A DNA stretch of 64,000 nt, from assembly GCF_964204645.1 (NCBI RefSeq), contig NC_134026.1, forward strand, positions 8,145,950 to 8,209,949, in the 5' to 3' direction. This stretch comes from Tubulanus polymorphus (lineage: Eukaryota; Animalia; Nemertea). The notes under the pieces were generated by a model that was not told where the DNA came from, made no database searches, and saw only the letters and a program-made list of their open reading frames with translations. A program made the translations under genes and the position numbers. Below, piece after piece: positions 63,465 to 64,000 of the stretch (the first letter of the stretch is position 1; each line of letters opens with the position of its first letter).

Positions 63465-64000
63465 CTGTAAAATTGTAATAGAAATAAAAACAAGACAATT
63501 TTCATTCAAATATTGTGAATTATGTATCAATATCGAAATGCAAGATGTGTACAATGTTGGTATGCGCCAGCAGAGGTAACAAGAAAATTAACTTTAATAA
63601 ATTATTTGACGCCTGCGAAAAAATGTAGAATTTCTGGGAGAAGCTAATGTGGAATTGCAAATTTGAAATCGAAGTTTTAAGAAATTTGGGGAATTATGAG
63701 ATTTGGCGATTGGGTAGATGATACAGTCTTCAACTGGTCTAATTTTAAAAAAATTGTCAACTTGTGGCCGACTTCGATTCACTTTTGCCTCTAAGCTGGT
63801 TTGCAACCTCATTACCTCCATGGTTGAAGAAAGAGTTCTTTGGATGTTTGCTTCATCATGACGTTGAGCATATCGTGTAGCCAGCCGGCCCGGTCCTGGG
63901 GCCCGGTTTGGCTGTCACTCGATATCCTAGACTTGAGTCTGGGTTGAAGTAGACATTGTCATTTAAAGAACTTATTCATGTTATTCTGTATGAATTAACC

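Overview
AT-rich, intron-containing animal (invertebrate-like) genomic DNA; no prokaryotic features, CRISPR arrays, rRNA or intact tRNA genes seen. Spliced gene models were built by hand from splice sites and checked for phase continuity. They are RWDD4 (+) and HGH1 (-) tail-to-tail, a 2094-aa single-ORF acidic/lysine-rich protein with 12 MARCKS-like basic-aromatic motifs and an unrecognised C-terminal domain (-), an intronless class A GPCR (-), an 18-exon gene (+, 28940-41351, about 785 aa), LRRC42 (-), FAM136A (-), and two tandem SLC43-family transporter genes (-, the second runs off the window). The 18-exon gene is the main finding and is nearly invisible in the ORF track. It fuses a GCN5/PCAF-type acetyltransferase domain, split by a long acidic insertion, through a coiled coil to a PARP/ART catalytic domain whose H-Y-E triad reads C-H-E. 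Mobile DNA includes a Penelope element with perfect 170-bp inverted pLTRs that each hold a minimal hammerhead ribozyme, a 9-bp-TSD Mutator-like element carrying a PHD finger next to the FAM136A start, two LINE remnants, a long foldback element and many MITEs. All homology calls are from recalled family motifs; no database search was run.
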